From the IMG/VR virus record IMGVR_UViG_3300025009_000054, positions 32,001 through 96,000 of that record: 64,000 nt of DNA; one strand, written 5' to 3'. Numbering within the stretch: the first letter of the stretch is position 1; each line of letters starts with the position of its first letter. The notes beneath the pieces are model-generated. The model saw only the letters and a program-made list of their open reading frames with translations, ran no database searches and was not told the DNA's origin. Of this stretch, positions 49,903 to 57,908 are shown piece after piece. The stretch comes from a virus. Made by a program: the position numbers and the translations under genes.

Positions 49903-50793
49903 TTAGCCCTCCACACGCACTAACATCTTAATATCGGTAATACCCTTAACACCTTCTAAATAAGCAAACCCATCATTTATTGACATTAATCGATATCTAG
50001 TAGTACCATGCAACATACGAACTACATCTCCATCATGCAACTCTACACCATGCGCGTCATCATTTTTACCTGGTGTCACTGGCACGTTACTGATTATAGG
50101 AACGTTAGTACTCCTAAGCAGAGTTGATATACCATCTTCCTCAATGCGACCCCACAAACCGCGCAGTACCAGTATCGATATAATCGCATAGTTCGACATG
50201 TCGCCCATGGTTTCAATTACGCTCTCTCCACCATCATCGAGTTTGTTCTGAAGAATATTGCGCATGCGGCATGTCTTATCATGCATTCGGCTGTGAATGC
50301 CAGTAACACCAACGTCAGATAGGTTCTCATTACTGTATTTTCGACCACGCTCAACCATAATGGATAAGTTGCGATCACACATTTTCTTAACCTGCTGATC
50401 TACCTGCGCTGCATCCATATAGATTAGATTGTCCTCATCGAATAATCCTGACGATGCTACTAGCTGTCCAACAACTCCATATACCGCGATTCGCTTAAAT
50501 ATGTCTATGGCAGCGCAGCAAGCTTCACGACTAATCTCACTACCAGTATATACACACGGCTTTAGGTTGTCAATATCACCCATACCGACGAGCACTCCAG
50601 CGTCTAACCATAACATCTGACACGATGCCAGTATTCCATCTACCCCTATCCTGCTAACGACTGACATTGAACGTGGTGTATCGGTTAGCATGTTGATCGC
50701 AGCAGCCCCAATACTGTCTACTTCTGTACTAAGTATCGATATTTTCACATTACGCCTCCACACTCTCTTGACTACCAGATGGCATCCCACCAC
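49903..50793 (-). CDS. Protein with nucleotide-modification-associated (DUF1599/Nmad1-like, all-alpha NTP-PPase) domain
   Basis: RGRKYS..N....G..GI..RMHDK..R...ESV.ET.GD..NYAII; start probably the GTG near 50748. Confidence 0.6.
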   Translation of the reverse strand: MVGCHLVVKRVWRRNVKISILSTEVDSIGAAAINMLTDTPRSMSVVSRIGVDGILASCQMLWLDAGVLVGMGDIDNLKPCVYTGSEISREACCAAIDIFKRIAVYGVVGQLVASSGLFDEDNLIYMDAAQVDQQVKKMCDRNLSIMVERGRKYSNENLSDVGVTGIHSRMHDKTCRMRNILQNKLDDGGESVIETMGDMSNYAIISILVLRGLWGRIEEDGISTLLRSTNVPIISNVPVTPGKNDDAHGVELHDGDVVRMLHGTTRYRLMSINDGFAYLEGVKGITDIKMLVRVEG

Positions 50794-53446
50794 CTAGCGT
50801 CGGCTGACCATCGGATGGCTCAAACCACGAAGTCGTTTCGCCATCCCATACTGCATGGACGATACCTTCTCTGCCACCTCTATTCTTACTAATATTAATT
50901 ATATGTCTGCCATACTTAAATCCAATCTCATTTATGATCTTCTCAGGTTTCTTCTGTGGAATCATGAATGTATCGCAGTCAGCCCATATCTTCTTCGATC
51001 CACCAACATGCTCGGCACCTATCGGATTAAATTCTCTCTTTTGATCCATCATGCCAATAGCTGATGCCGATAACTGTGCGGCACACACAGCAGCTATATC
51101 TAAATTTCCTGCCATATTTTTAATACCGGTGGATACATCTCTATACTCTGCCCATAGTTCACCTGAGGAATGCGACTCGCTTCCGAGTAGCTGTATGTAA
51201 TCTATAAAGACGGCAGATATATCGTATTTCAGTTTATACAAATGGGTGATAGCTGAAACAGCCTGAATTGATGCACCGTACTTTGTTTCAATAAATATGG
51301 GCATTTGGCTTATGGCATATGCAGCATCTTTAACCATATCGAGTTCTAACTGAGTTAGATACCCGTACTGCATGGCGTTTATGGTCACACGCTGTCCAAA
51401 CATTATCCATATGAGCATTGAGTATAACCTAGTCATAACGTCACCATCTTCCATCTCCATGTTGACGAAGAGGACAGGTGCACCCTGTAATGCCATGACA
51501 AGTGCTATCTTTAGCATAAGCGCACTCTTGCCTTGTCCAGGCAATGCTCCTATGACGATATACTTCTGTTTCCTGATACCGCCAAGTGTAAGCGATAATG
51601 CTGGGAATTGTGGTCTAAGGTCAAATCCTGGTAACGTGCCTGGATTTGCCACCTGGTTTATGATGAACCTCGTAGTCCTATCGACCAGAGCAATCCTATT
51701 GTGTTCTCCATCACCATCAGATGACCCTCTAACAGCGATGGCAACTACGTCACCGCTTATCTTAGATACTATTTCATCAGATGATATCGACGCGTCAATA
51801 CACATCGACATTGTACCAGTCATTTTTTCATATAGGGTACGTCTCTTATACCTATCGATAATTATATCTAAGCACGACTGCCAATCCTCATACGACGCAC
51901 TAAATACAGCATCGACATTCGTTTGAGATACCAAATTGCCTTTACCAGACGCAACTATATTAGAGTGTACGACATGGGCAGTAGGTACTCCGGCCTTGGC
52001 ACGTTCTTCTACGATCGCGCTAAATATGAATTTATTTGAGAATACATAGAAGCAGTCCTCTGTCAGCGACGATACACACTGTGCATATATCTGCTCATTA
52101 CCAGCCATAGCCGATAATATTTTATTTTCGGACGTCGCATCAGATAATACTGACGTATCATATATTCCAGACGATACGCATGCAGTAATTGTTTGCTGAT
52201 CGATTCCTACGGCATCAGATATGCATTTACACGCTATTGCTTTGTTAAGTGGACTCAATGTATGGACTCTAGAGCGTACCTTGTTTATGAGCATATGTAC
52301 ATCAAGCACGTTGTCTACTACTGTATCAAGCATAGACTGTTCTATATAGTATTGAGCAAAATGCGTTGCATTGTTGAGCTTATCATCAATTGACGCAATA
52401 CCATGAGTATTTATGACGTCATCTGGGTCTAGTCCTGGTGGCAATGTTACGATATCTAATATCATGCCATCATCTATACTAAGCTGTGATACTAAATTAT
52501 ATAGACCTTTTCTGCCACCAGCATCACCATCCCACATTAGCGAAATTCTAGATGCGCCATATTGTTTAGCAGTCATAACCTGTTCTGGCGATAGGTTGAC
52601 GTTCATAACTCCAACTGTAGATAGCCTATTACATGAATGCATGCGCATCACATCGAAAAATCCCTCTACAGCAATGAGCCGACCACTCTCTCTTATATGC
52701 TTTCGAGCTCTATGCATACCATATAACGGTGATGCAATCGGGTATACAGGAGAATTCCTACTGGTACCAGCCCATTTATCCTTTGATGGCGTCATAGCTC
52801 TACCACGAAAGAATACTATATCACCCTCAGCATCATGTATCGGGAATATCAACCTCCCACCGAATAGATTATCGTTTGTGAGCTCTAACCTATCAATGGT
52901 AATATCATCAACACCAGCACTACGCATGGCTACGATAAGGTCATGGGCATGCTCCGTATATCCTAAATTGAAGTCGTCCTGTGTCTGAGACGGAATCTGC
53001 CTCACATCAGTAACATACTCAACTATCTTTTTATTCTGAAGGTACATCTGGTGCATTACGTCAGCGGCCATACCATTGATTCCGCACAAATAGTCATGCC
53101 ACTGTTCCTCTATGGTAGGCTCTCTAAGATAATCTTTGATATCTATATTAAAATCGACACTAAATTGTTCAACAGCTTCTATGAACGTCAATCCTAGATA
53201 TGCTTGAATAAATCGTATAACATCTTTTCCATGCTTATCGGAACAGCTACCGAAGCATTTCCATATTTGTTTACGATCGCTTACTACGAAACTAGGGTCA
53301 TTATCAGCGTGGAATGGACAACAGCACCTACTTACGGATCCTGCCTTCTCTAAGACTATATATCTACCAATTGCATCTGATAGTGGAACAGCATTTGATA
53401 TGAACTGGATTAGACCTTGTGGGTCACGAACTCTTAATTTTCCCAT
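50750..53446 (-). CDS. Fused DnaG primase - DnaB helicase
   Basis: CPFH...CFGSC zinc-binding domain, VEGFFDV, DGDAGG, DPD; GALPGQGKS, NMEM, FIDYIQL, AAQL, KNRGG. Confidence 0.92.
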   Translation of the reverse strand: MGKLRVRDPQGLIQFISNAVPLSDAIGRYIVLEKAGSVSRCCCPFHADNDPSFVVSDRKQIWKCFGSCSDKHGKDVIRFIQAYLGLTFIEAVEQFSVDFNIDIKDYLREPTIEEQWHDYLCGINGMAADVMHQMYLQNKKIVEYVTDVRQIPSQTQDDFNLGYTEHAHDLIVAMRSAGVDDITIDRLELTNDNLFGGRLIFPIHDAEGDIVFFRGRAMTPSKDKWAGTSRNSPVYPIASPLYGMHRARKHIRESGRLIAVEGFFDVMRMHSCNRLSTVGVMNVNLSPEQVMTAKQYGASRISLMWDGDAGGRKGLYNLVSQLSIDDGMILDIVTLPPGLDPDDVINTHGIASIDDKLNNATHFAQYYIEQSMLDTVVDNVLDVHMLINKVRSRVHTLSPLNKAIACKCISDAVGIDQQTITACVSSGIYDTSVLSDATSENKILSAMAGNEQIYAQCVSSLTEDCFYVFSNKFIFSAIVEERAKAGVPTAHVVHSNIVASGKGNLVSQTNVDAVFSASYEDWQSCLDIIIDRYKRRTLYEKMTGTMSMCIDASISSDEIVSKISGDVVAIAVRGSSDGDGEHNRIALVDRTTRFIINQVANPGTLPGFDLRPQFPALSLTLGGIRKQKYIVIGALPGQGKSALMLKIALVMALQGAPVLFVNMEMEDGDVMTRLYSMLIWIMFGQRVTINAMQYGYLTQLELDMVKDAAYAISQMPIFIETKYGASIQAVSAITHLYKLKYDISAVFIDYIQLLGSESHSSGELWAEYRDVSTGIKNMAGNLDIAAVCAAQLSASAIGMMDQKREFNPIGAEHVGGSKKIWADCDTFMIPQKKPEKIINEIGFKYGRHIINISKNRGGREGIVHAVWDGETTSWFEPSDGQPTLGGGMPSGSQESVEA

Positions 53447-53455
53447 TTATTGCCC

Positions 53456-54073
53456 CTACATATTTGTTAATGAGAACGCTTTTTGTATGTCACTCTTAAT
53501 AGCATCGCGCAGAAACTTGAACTGCTTATATTCAGCCATACGATGCAAATACGACTGATGGAACGTTGGTACTAGTATAGCTGATCCCCACTCAAACTTG
53601 ATCTGATTTGTGGTGCCACGTACGGCAGTCATACTCGATGGTCTTTTACCAACGACACTATGGTACGCAGACACACCAAGCGTCATTATAACTGTCGGTC
53701 TTATTATATCTAATTGCTGCGATAGGTAGGTAGAGCAGCTTACAGACTCCTCCTTATTTGGATCACAGTCAGTGTCTCCATCGTGGGGTCTACATAGTAC
53801 GGTATTGGTAATAAATACATGCTCATCATCTATACCTAGCTCCGTAAGTATCTCATTAAATATGTCACCACCAGGTCCAGCGAGTATATTACCACTAGTT
53901 ACTTCCTCGGCACCTGGACACAATCCTATAATTACAAGCTTACTGTGTATTGATCCACGTGGCATTACTGGTACTGGAGACAGTGCCCTAAGTGGGCACT
54001 CGTTACAGTCCTGCATTTGTCCTACTAGATTTAGAAATTTTACTGTGTCCGGTCTATAACCTTCCATTATCAC
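53456..54073 (-). CDS. Uracil-DNA glycosylase (family 4/5, Fe-S)
   Basis: CNECPL, GLCPG..E, GPGG, TNTVLCRP, PTFHQS. Confidence 0.85.
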   Translation of the reverse strand: MIMEGYRPDTVKFLNLVGQMQDCNECPLRALSPVPVMPRGSIHSKLVIIGLCPGAEEVTSGNILAGPGGDIFNEILTELGIDDEHVFITNTVLCRPHDGDTDCDPNKEESVSCSTYLSQQLDIIRPTVIMTLGVSAYHSVVGKRPSSMTAVRGTTNQIKFEWGSAILVPTFHQSYLHRMAEYKQFKFLRDAIKSDIQKAFSLTNM

Positions 54074-54375
54074 CCCTCCACAGTCTTTTTAATATATAAT
54101 CCAGGCAACCTACGCGCATCACCATCAAAACTAGTATTGATAGCATATGGCTTACGATACCATGGTTTATACATGAGGCTGACGCCAACACTACCACCAC
54201 CAGAGGGTGCATCAATATGTATAGCTATTGGTAGACACGACGCCAGGACAGTCTGCACTAGCTGTATTAGCACATCAGTATGTACATCATATGCTATGTC
54301 GATGGAGTTTGATTCGGTACTATCACAATTCTCGATTTCCTTACTAAAGTCTGAGATAATTTCATCTATTGTCAT
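54070..54375 (-). CDS. Hypothetical protein
   Basis: GGAG RBS; packing. Confidence 0.55.
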   Translation of the reverse strand: MTIDEIISDFSKEIENCDSTESNSIDIAYDVHTDVLIQLVQTVLASCLPIAIHIDAPSGGGSVGVSLMYKPWYRKPYAINTSFDGDARRLPGLYIKKTVEG

Positions 54376-55012
54376 TGTTCACTCCTAATCCCATCATCAT
54401 ATCCCATTCATACATATTCTTGTTAGCATTAACTTTCTCGCATTGTACACCTGGGACAGCGATATTAATCGTTCTCTTCATAACATTAGCTGTTGCATGC
54501 TCAGCACTAGCCTTATCGCTAGCAATACTAGTAAAGTCTGACTGCAATACACGCAAGGCATATGTAATATGTCTGGCTCCAGCAGATATAGATTGCTCGA
54601 TAGCGTACGATATCTGCTCATTCGATGGCTTCATAGTAAACATTTGCCAGAGTGATGTAAATTGCGATGAATCGAAATCCGACATCATCAGGTTTGTGGT
54701 TATTGAGTTATATATATTCTGAAATTCTTCATTATATATGACATCTGAGTATCTAGCATTATTCTTGAGGTAGTTCACTAATCCTGGGTAGAAATACACT
54801 ATTCCAGTGGCGACTTTATCAATACTCTTTGGGGTTGACCATTTCGACATCAATTCCATTACGGCTTTGACAGGATAGTTATACGCCATCAAATCAGCAT
54901 GACACAAATCTACAGGGGTGCACTGAGCGGTCACCCCTGTAGACTCACATATACTTCTATGATGCGCAATAAGCGTCCTTCCACCGTATGTCATTGGACG
55001 CTCACTAATCAT
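54362..55012 (-). CDS. Hypothetical protein
   Basis: ORF track; GGAGG RBS. Confidence 0.55.
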   Translation of the reverse strand: MISERPMTYGGRTLIAHHRSICESTGVTAQCTPVDLCHADLMAYNYPVKAVMELMSKWSTPKSIDKVATGIVYFYPGLVNYLKNNARYSDVIYNEEFQNIYNSITTNLMMSDFDSSQFTSLWQMFTMKPSNEQISYAIEQSISAGARHITYALRVLQSDFTSIASDKASAEHATANVMKRTINIAVPGVQCEKVNANKNMYEWDMMMGLGVNNDNR

Positions 55013-55387
55013 TTATTCCTCCACACCACCATCGACTATCTGGACAGGTGGTACTGTATCATTGGATTCTTCAGATTTTGCATTACTACATGCGCACTGA
55101 TGACCTCCATCATCTACTGCCATAACAGCCTGGAGCAGTCCTAGCGTCTGTCTCTCGGTAATTGGTGCAGATGCCATCATCTTCCCATACTCAACAAGAC
55201 CCATCTGCAGCATAGTATCTGCGCCGAATGGTACGTACTCATATCTAGGCTGGTGAGTATCTGGGTCAACTTTCACACCAATGAGTACAAATGCAGCATA
55301 TCCAGCATCACGCGCAAACCTCTTAATCGGATCCTCTCCTACGATCGGTATATTTCCACCGATAGGGATTCCTCTACCACTTGACAT
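55013..55387 (-). CDS. Hypothetical protein
   Basis: AGGAGGAG RBS. Confidence 0.6.
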   Translation of the reverse strand: MSSGRGIPIGGNIPIVGEDPIKRFARDAGYAAFVLIGVKVDPDTHQPRYEYVPFGADTMLQMGLVEYGKMMASAPITERQTLGLLQAVMAVDDGGHQCACSNAKSEESNDTVPPVQIVDGGVEE

Positions 55388-55434
55388 TTAATTCTCCTCC
55401 TATGTTGTATATAAATCTAAAGACAGGTGACATT

Positions 55435-56148
55435 CTAAGCAGATTTGATCATGCGGCCAATGATCATCGGTTGTCCGACTGAAGGTACGACAACTTCCCA
55501 CACATATTCGGCTCCAATAAGATTGAGCTTCTTTACTCCAAACTTGATATTACCGTTCATATCTACTTTTGAATGCTTAGTTCTATGCACATACGACGAA
55601 TCACACTGAGAGTGTGAACCTACGATAGTAACACTATTTTTATAAAACATAGCCCACGCTATCTGTCCAATATCAAATACTTTATTCGTGACCATTACCG
55701 GTATTGTTAATACTCCATCATTACCGGCTACACTATGCCATCCATCATTATGCCTCTTCGTAGTATTTGGTCCTCTACTGCGTCTAGGCTTCTTGGGTGC
55801 TATCGAATTCGGAATGGTCGCTGGTGATGAGCAATACATCGCAAGTCCTAAAGACGGGTTCTCTTCTACTATCATTCCACCTGGATGATCAGCCACACTC
55901 TTGCCAATCGGATGATATACAAGTACCCCAATGTCAGTACCAGACATATTACCCATAGTCTGCAAATAATCTTTGGTCATCTCGCCATTATTCCACATAG
56001 ATATAACAATCGGTCTAACATCACTATGTGGAGCCCATAGCCCATCACCACGTACCTTTATAGTAACGTCGTAGGCGGTAAACACTATTCCGCTTGAAAC
56101 ATAGTCAACTACTGTATCCCTTATTGCAACCTCTAATGATGCGTTCAT
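55435..56148 (-). CDS. Hypothetical protein
   Basis: Start moved to MNASLE behind GGAG; FTAYDVT...H...VYHP. Confidence 0.6.
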   Translation of the reverse strand: MNASLEVAIRDTVVDYVSSGIVFTAYDVTIKVRGDGLWAPHSDVRPIVISMWNNGEMTKDYLQTMGNMSGTDIGVLVYHPIGKSVADHPGGMIVEENPSLGLAMYCSSPATIPNSIAPKKPRRSRGPNTTKRHNDGWHSVAGNDGVLTIPVMVTNKVFDIGQIAWAMFYKNSVTIVGSHSQCDSSYVHRTKHSKVDMNGNIKFGVKKLNLIGAEYVWEVVVPSVGQPMIIGRMIKSA

Positions 56149-56149
56149 A

Positions 56150-57421
56150 TTATCTCCCTCCATCTGTGAACTCAATCAGGTATTTTGGATTTATCTGATC
56201 AGTTCTATACACAATCCACTCATTGTTCATTACTCCAGACTTATTTGCTTTCGCAAAAGTGGAGTCATGCCCACTCTTTGGTAGATTCTCGCCATAGTTA
56301 TTTGGTACGTAATATTTGCCCATTGCCACATCACAAAGGAACATATAGCATGAGCTACTTCTAGTACCAGACCAATACCCATCTGAGTAATTCAACGCTT
56401 TGGTTGATTGGTCTGATGTATATATGCCATTGCCAAACATACGCCCAGTACAATATGGAGCATTACTTGGTGGGATAATAAAACCTTTTTGCATAATACT
56501 TAATAGATTTCCAGACCTAGTACCATGCCATCCATCCCATATATTAGGTAGATTTGCTCCATAATTGGCAAAAGCATTCGACATGGATGCTATCTCAACC
56601 TTAAATACCTTATGTGGACGAAGTCTAGAGCTTGAATGCATACTTTGTTGGGTAGATACATAGAGCTTTGTTATACGATCGATAACACTCTTGTCAGTAA
56701 CTAAACTTAATGATACCTCAAATAATTTTGGCTCTTCATTAGGTTCATTACCACTAGATACTACCATCTGAACAGATGACTCAAGAGAATCTAAAATACT
56801 ATTTTGCTTTTGAATAGCATCAATATTTGGATATAGGTACTTAAGATTGGGTTTCCTCATACCTATATTCTGTGGGATAAGTTGTAGGTACTCGTTAACA
56901 GAATCTATGAACGAAGGTGATTCATAATCATTGACTATCACATATTTACTTATACTATCAAGTAATAATCTGGCACATGAAATAGCCTCTGCCGTAACTA
57001 CTCCAAGCGGTGTAGAATATGTGCCACGGCTTTCATCGTACTGTATTGTGGTATTGGAGAGGATGTTATGTCGATTTACACTGACAAGATACGAAACCAA
57101 ATCTCTGGTTTCGTTATTATCTGTTTGTATCTGTCCTGTTGCCACTTGCGCCAGTCTTCCTGACGTAACTGTTTTACCGCTCTCCGTAGAGGTACCCCGT
57201 ATAGTTTGCGTCGCCTTGTAACCATGGGATCCCTTCTCAATGACCTTTTGGTCATAGAAACCTTTGCCATGGCCAATGACTTTTCTTTGGCCACTATATC
57301 CGACACGGCCCCAGTGAGTTTCTACTGCACCGTCGTCATATAAATAAATAGACCAAAACTTATTATTGTTTTCACTAACATCTGCCTTATTAAAATGACG
57401 CTCTTCCACTATATTTGCCAT
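56150..57421 (-). CDS. WGR-domain poly(ADP-ribose) polymerase (PARP1/2-like)
   Basis: WGR: NNNKFW...WGRVG. Helical domain: YLQLIPQ. Catalytic: WHGT, GRMFGNGIY, KALNYS, MFLCDVAMG, NEWIVY...QI.PKYL (H-Y-E triad). Confidence 0.9.
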   Translation of the reverse strand: MANIVEERHFNKADVSENNNKFWSIYLYDDGAVETHWGRVGYSGQRKVIGHGKGFYDQKVIEKGSHGYKATQTIRGTSTESGKTVTSGRLAQVATGQIQTDNNETRDLVSYLVSVNRHNILSNTTIQYDESRGTYSTPLGVVTAEAISCARLLLDSISKYVIVNDYESPSFIDSVNEYLQLIPQNIGMRKPNLKYLYPNIDAIQKQNSILDSLESSVQMVVSSGNEPNEEPKLFEVSLSLVTDKSVIDRITKLYVSTQQSMHSSSRLRPHKVFKVEIASMSNAFANYGANLPNIWDGWHGTRSGNLLSIMQKGFIIPPSNAPYCTGRMFGNGIYTSDQSTKALNYSDGYWSGTRSSSCYMFLCDVAMGKYYVPNNYGENLPKSGHDSTFAKANKSGVMNNEWIVYRTDQINPKYLIEFTDGGR

Positions 57422-57518
57422 ACCGATAACTCCGTTTCCGCCCCTACAGGGCTACATGAGTTGTACATCGAACAAGCTAATTGCGTGATCACTATAAAAC
57501 GGATATGCCCAAAGAAGT

Positions 57519-57908
57519 CTATGTCAAGCTTGACTCTAAAGCATGCTTATCATCCTGAGCAGATGTAGAGCCAGCTCCCATACCACCCTTGTCTGGATCA
57601 CTAGCCCAATCACGCTTAAATACCTCTGTTGATACTTCGGTAATCGCGTCCTGCAAATCTATGCCCTCGGCACTACAATACCCAGCTAGAAATACTATAA
57701 CATCAGCAACAGCGTCTCTAGCCTTTGATAGATATGTCTCTCTTGTCATGCCACGTATACCCTGAACACTCTTTAGATGCGCGTGTGCTAATTCACCTAT
57801 TTCCTCTACGGCTCCAAGTAGACAGTGATACGGCACTTGCTCACCAAAATTCCTATCAGACCACTCCTTTTGATTTCTCTGTAATTCTCGAAATGTTAGC
57901 TCACTCAC
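57519..57908 (-). CDS. MazG-like nucleotide pyrophosphohydrolase
   Basis: W...NF, EEIGEL, DAVADV (EE..E/D..D) motif. Confidence 0.8.
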   Translation of the reverse strand: MSELTFRELQRNQKEWSDRNFGEQVPYHCLLGAVEEIGELAHAHLKSVQGIRGMTRETYLSKARDAVADVIVFLAGYCSAEGIDLQDAITEVSTEVFKRDWASDPDKGGMGAGSTSAQDDKHALESSLT

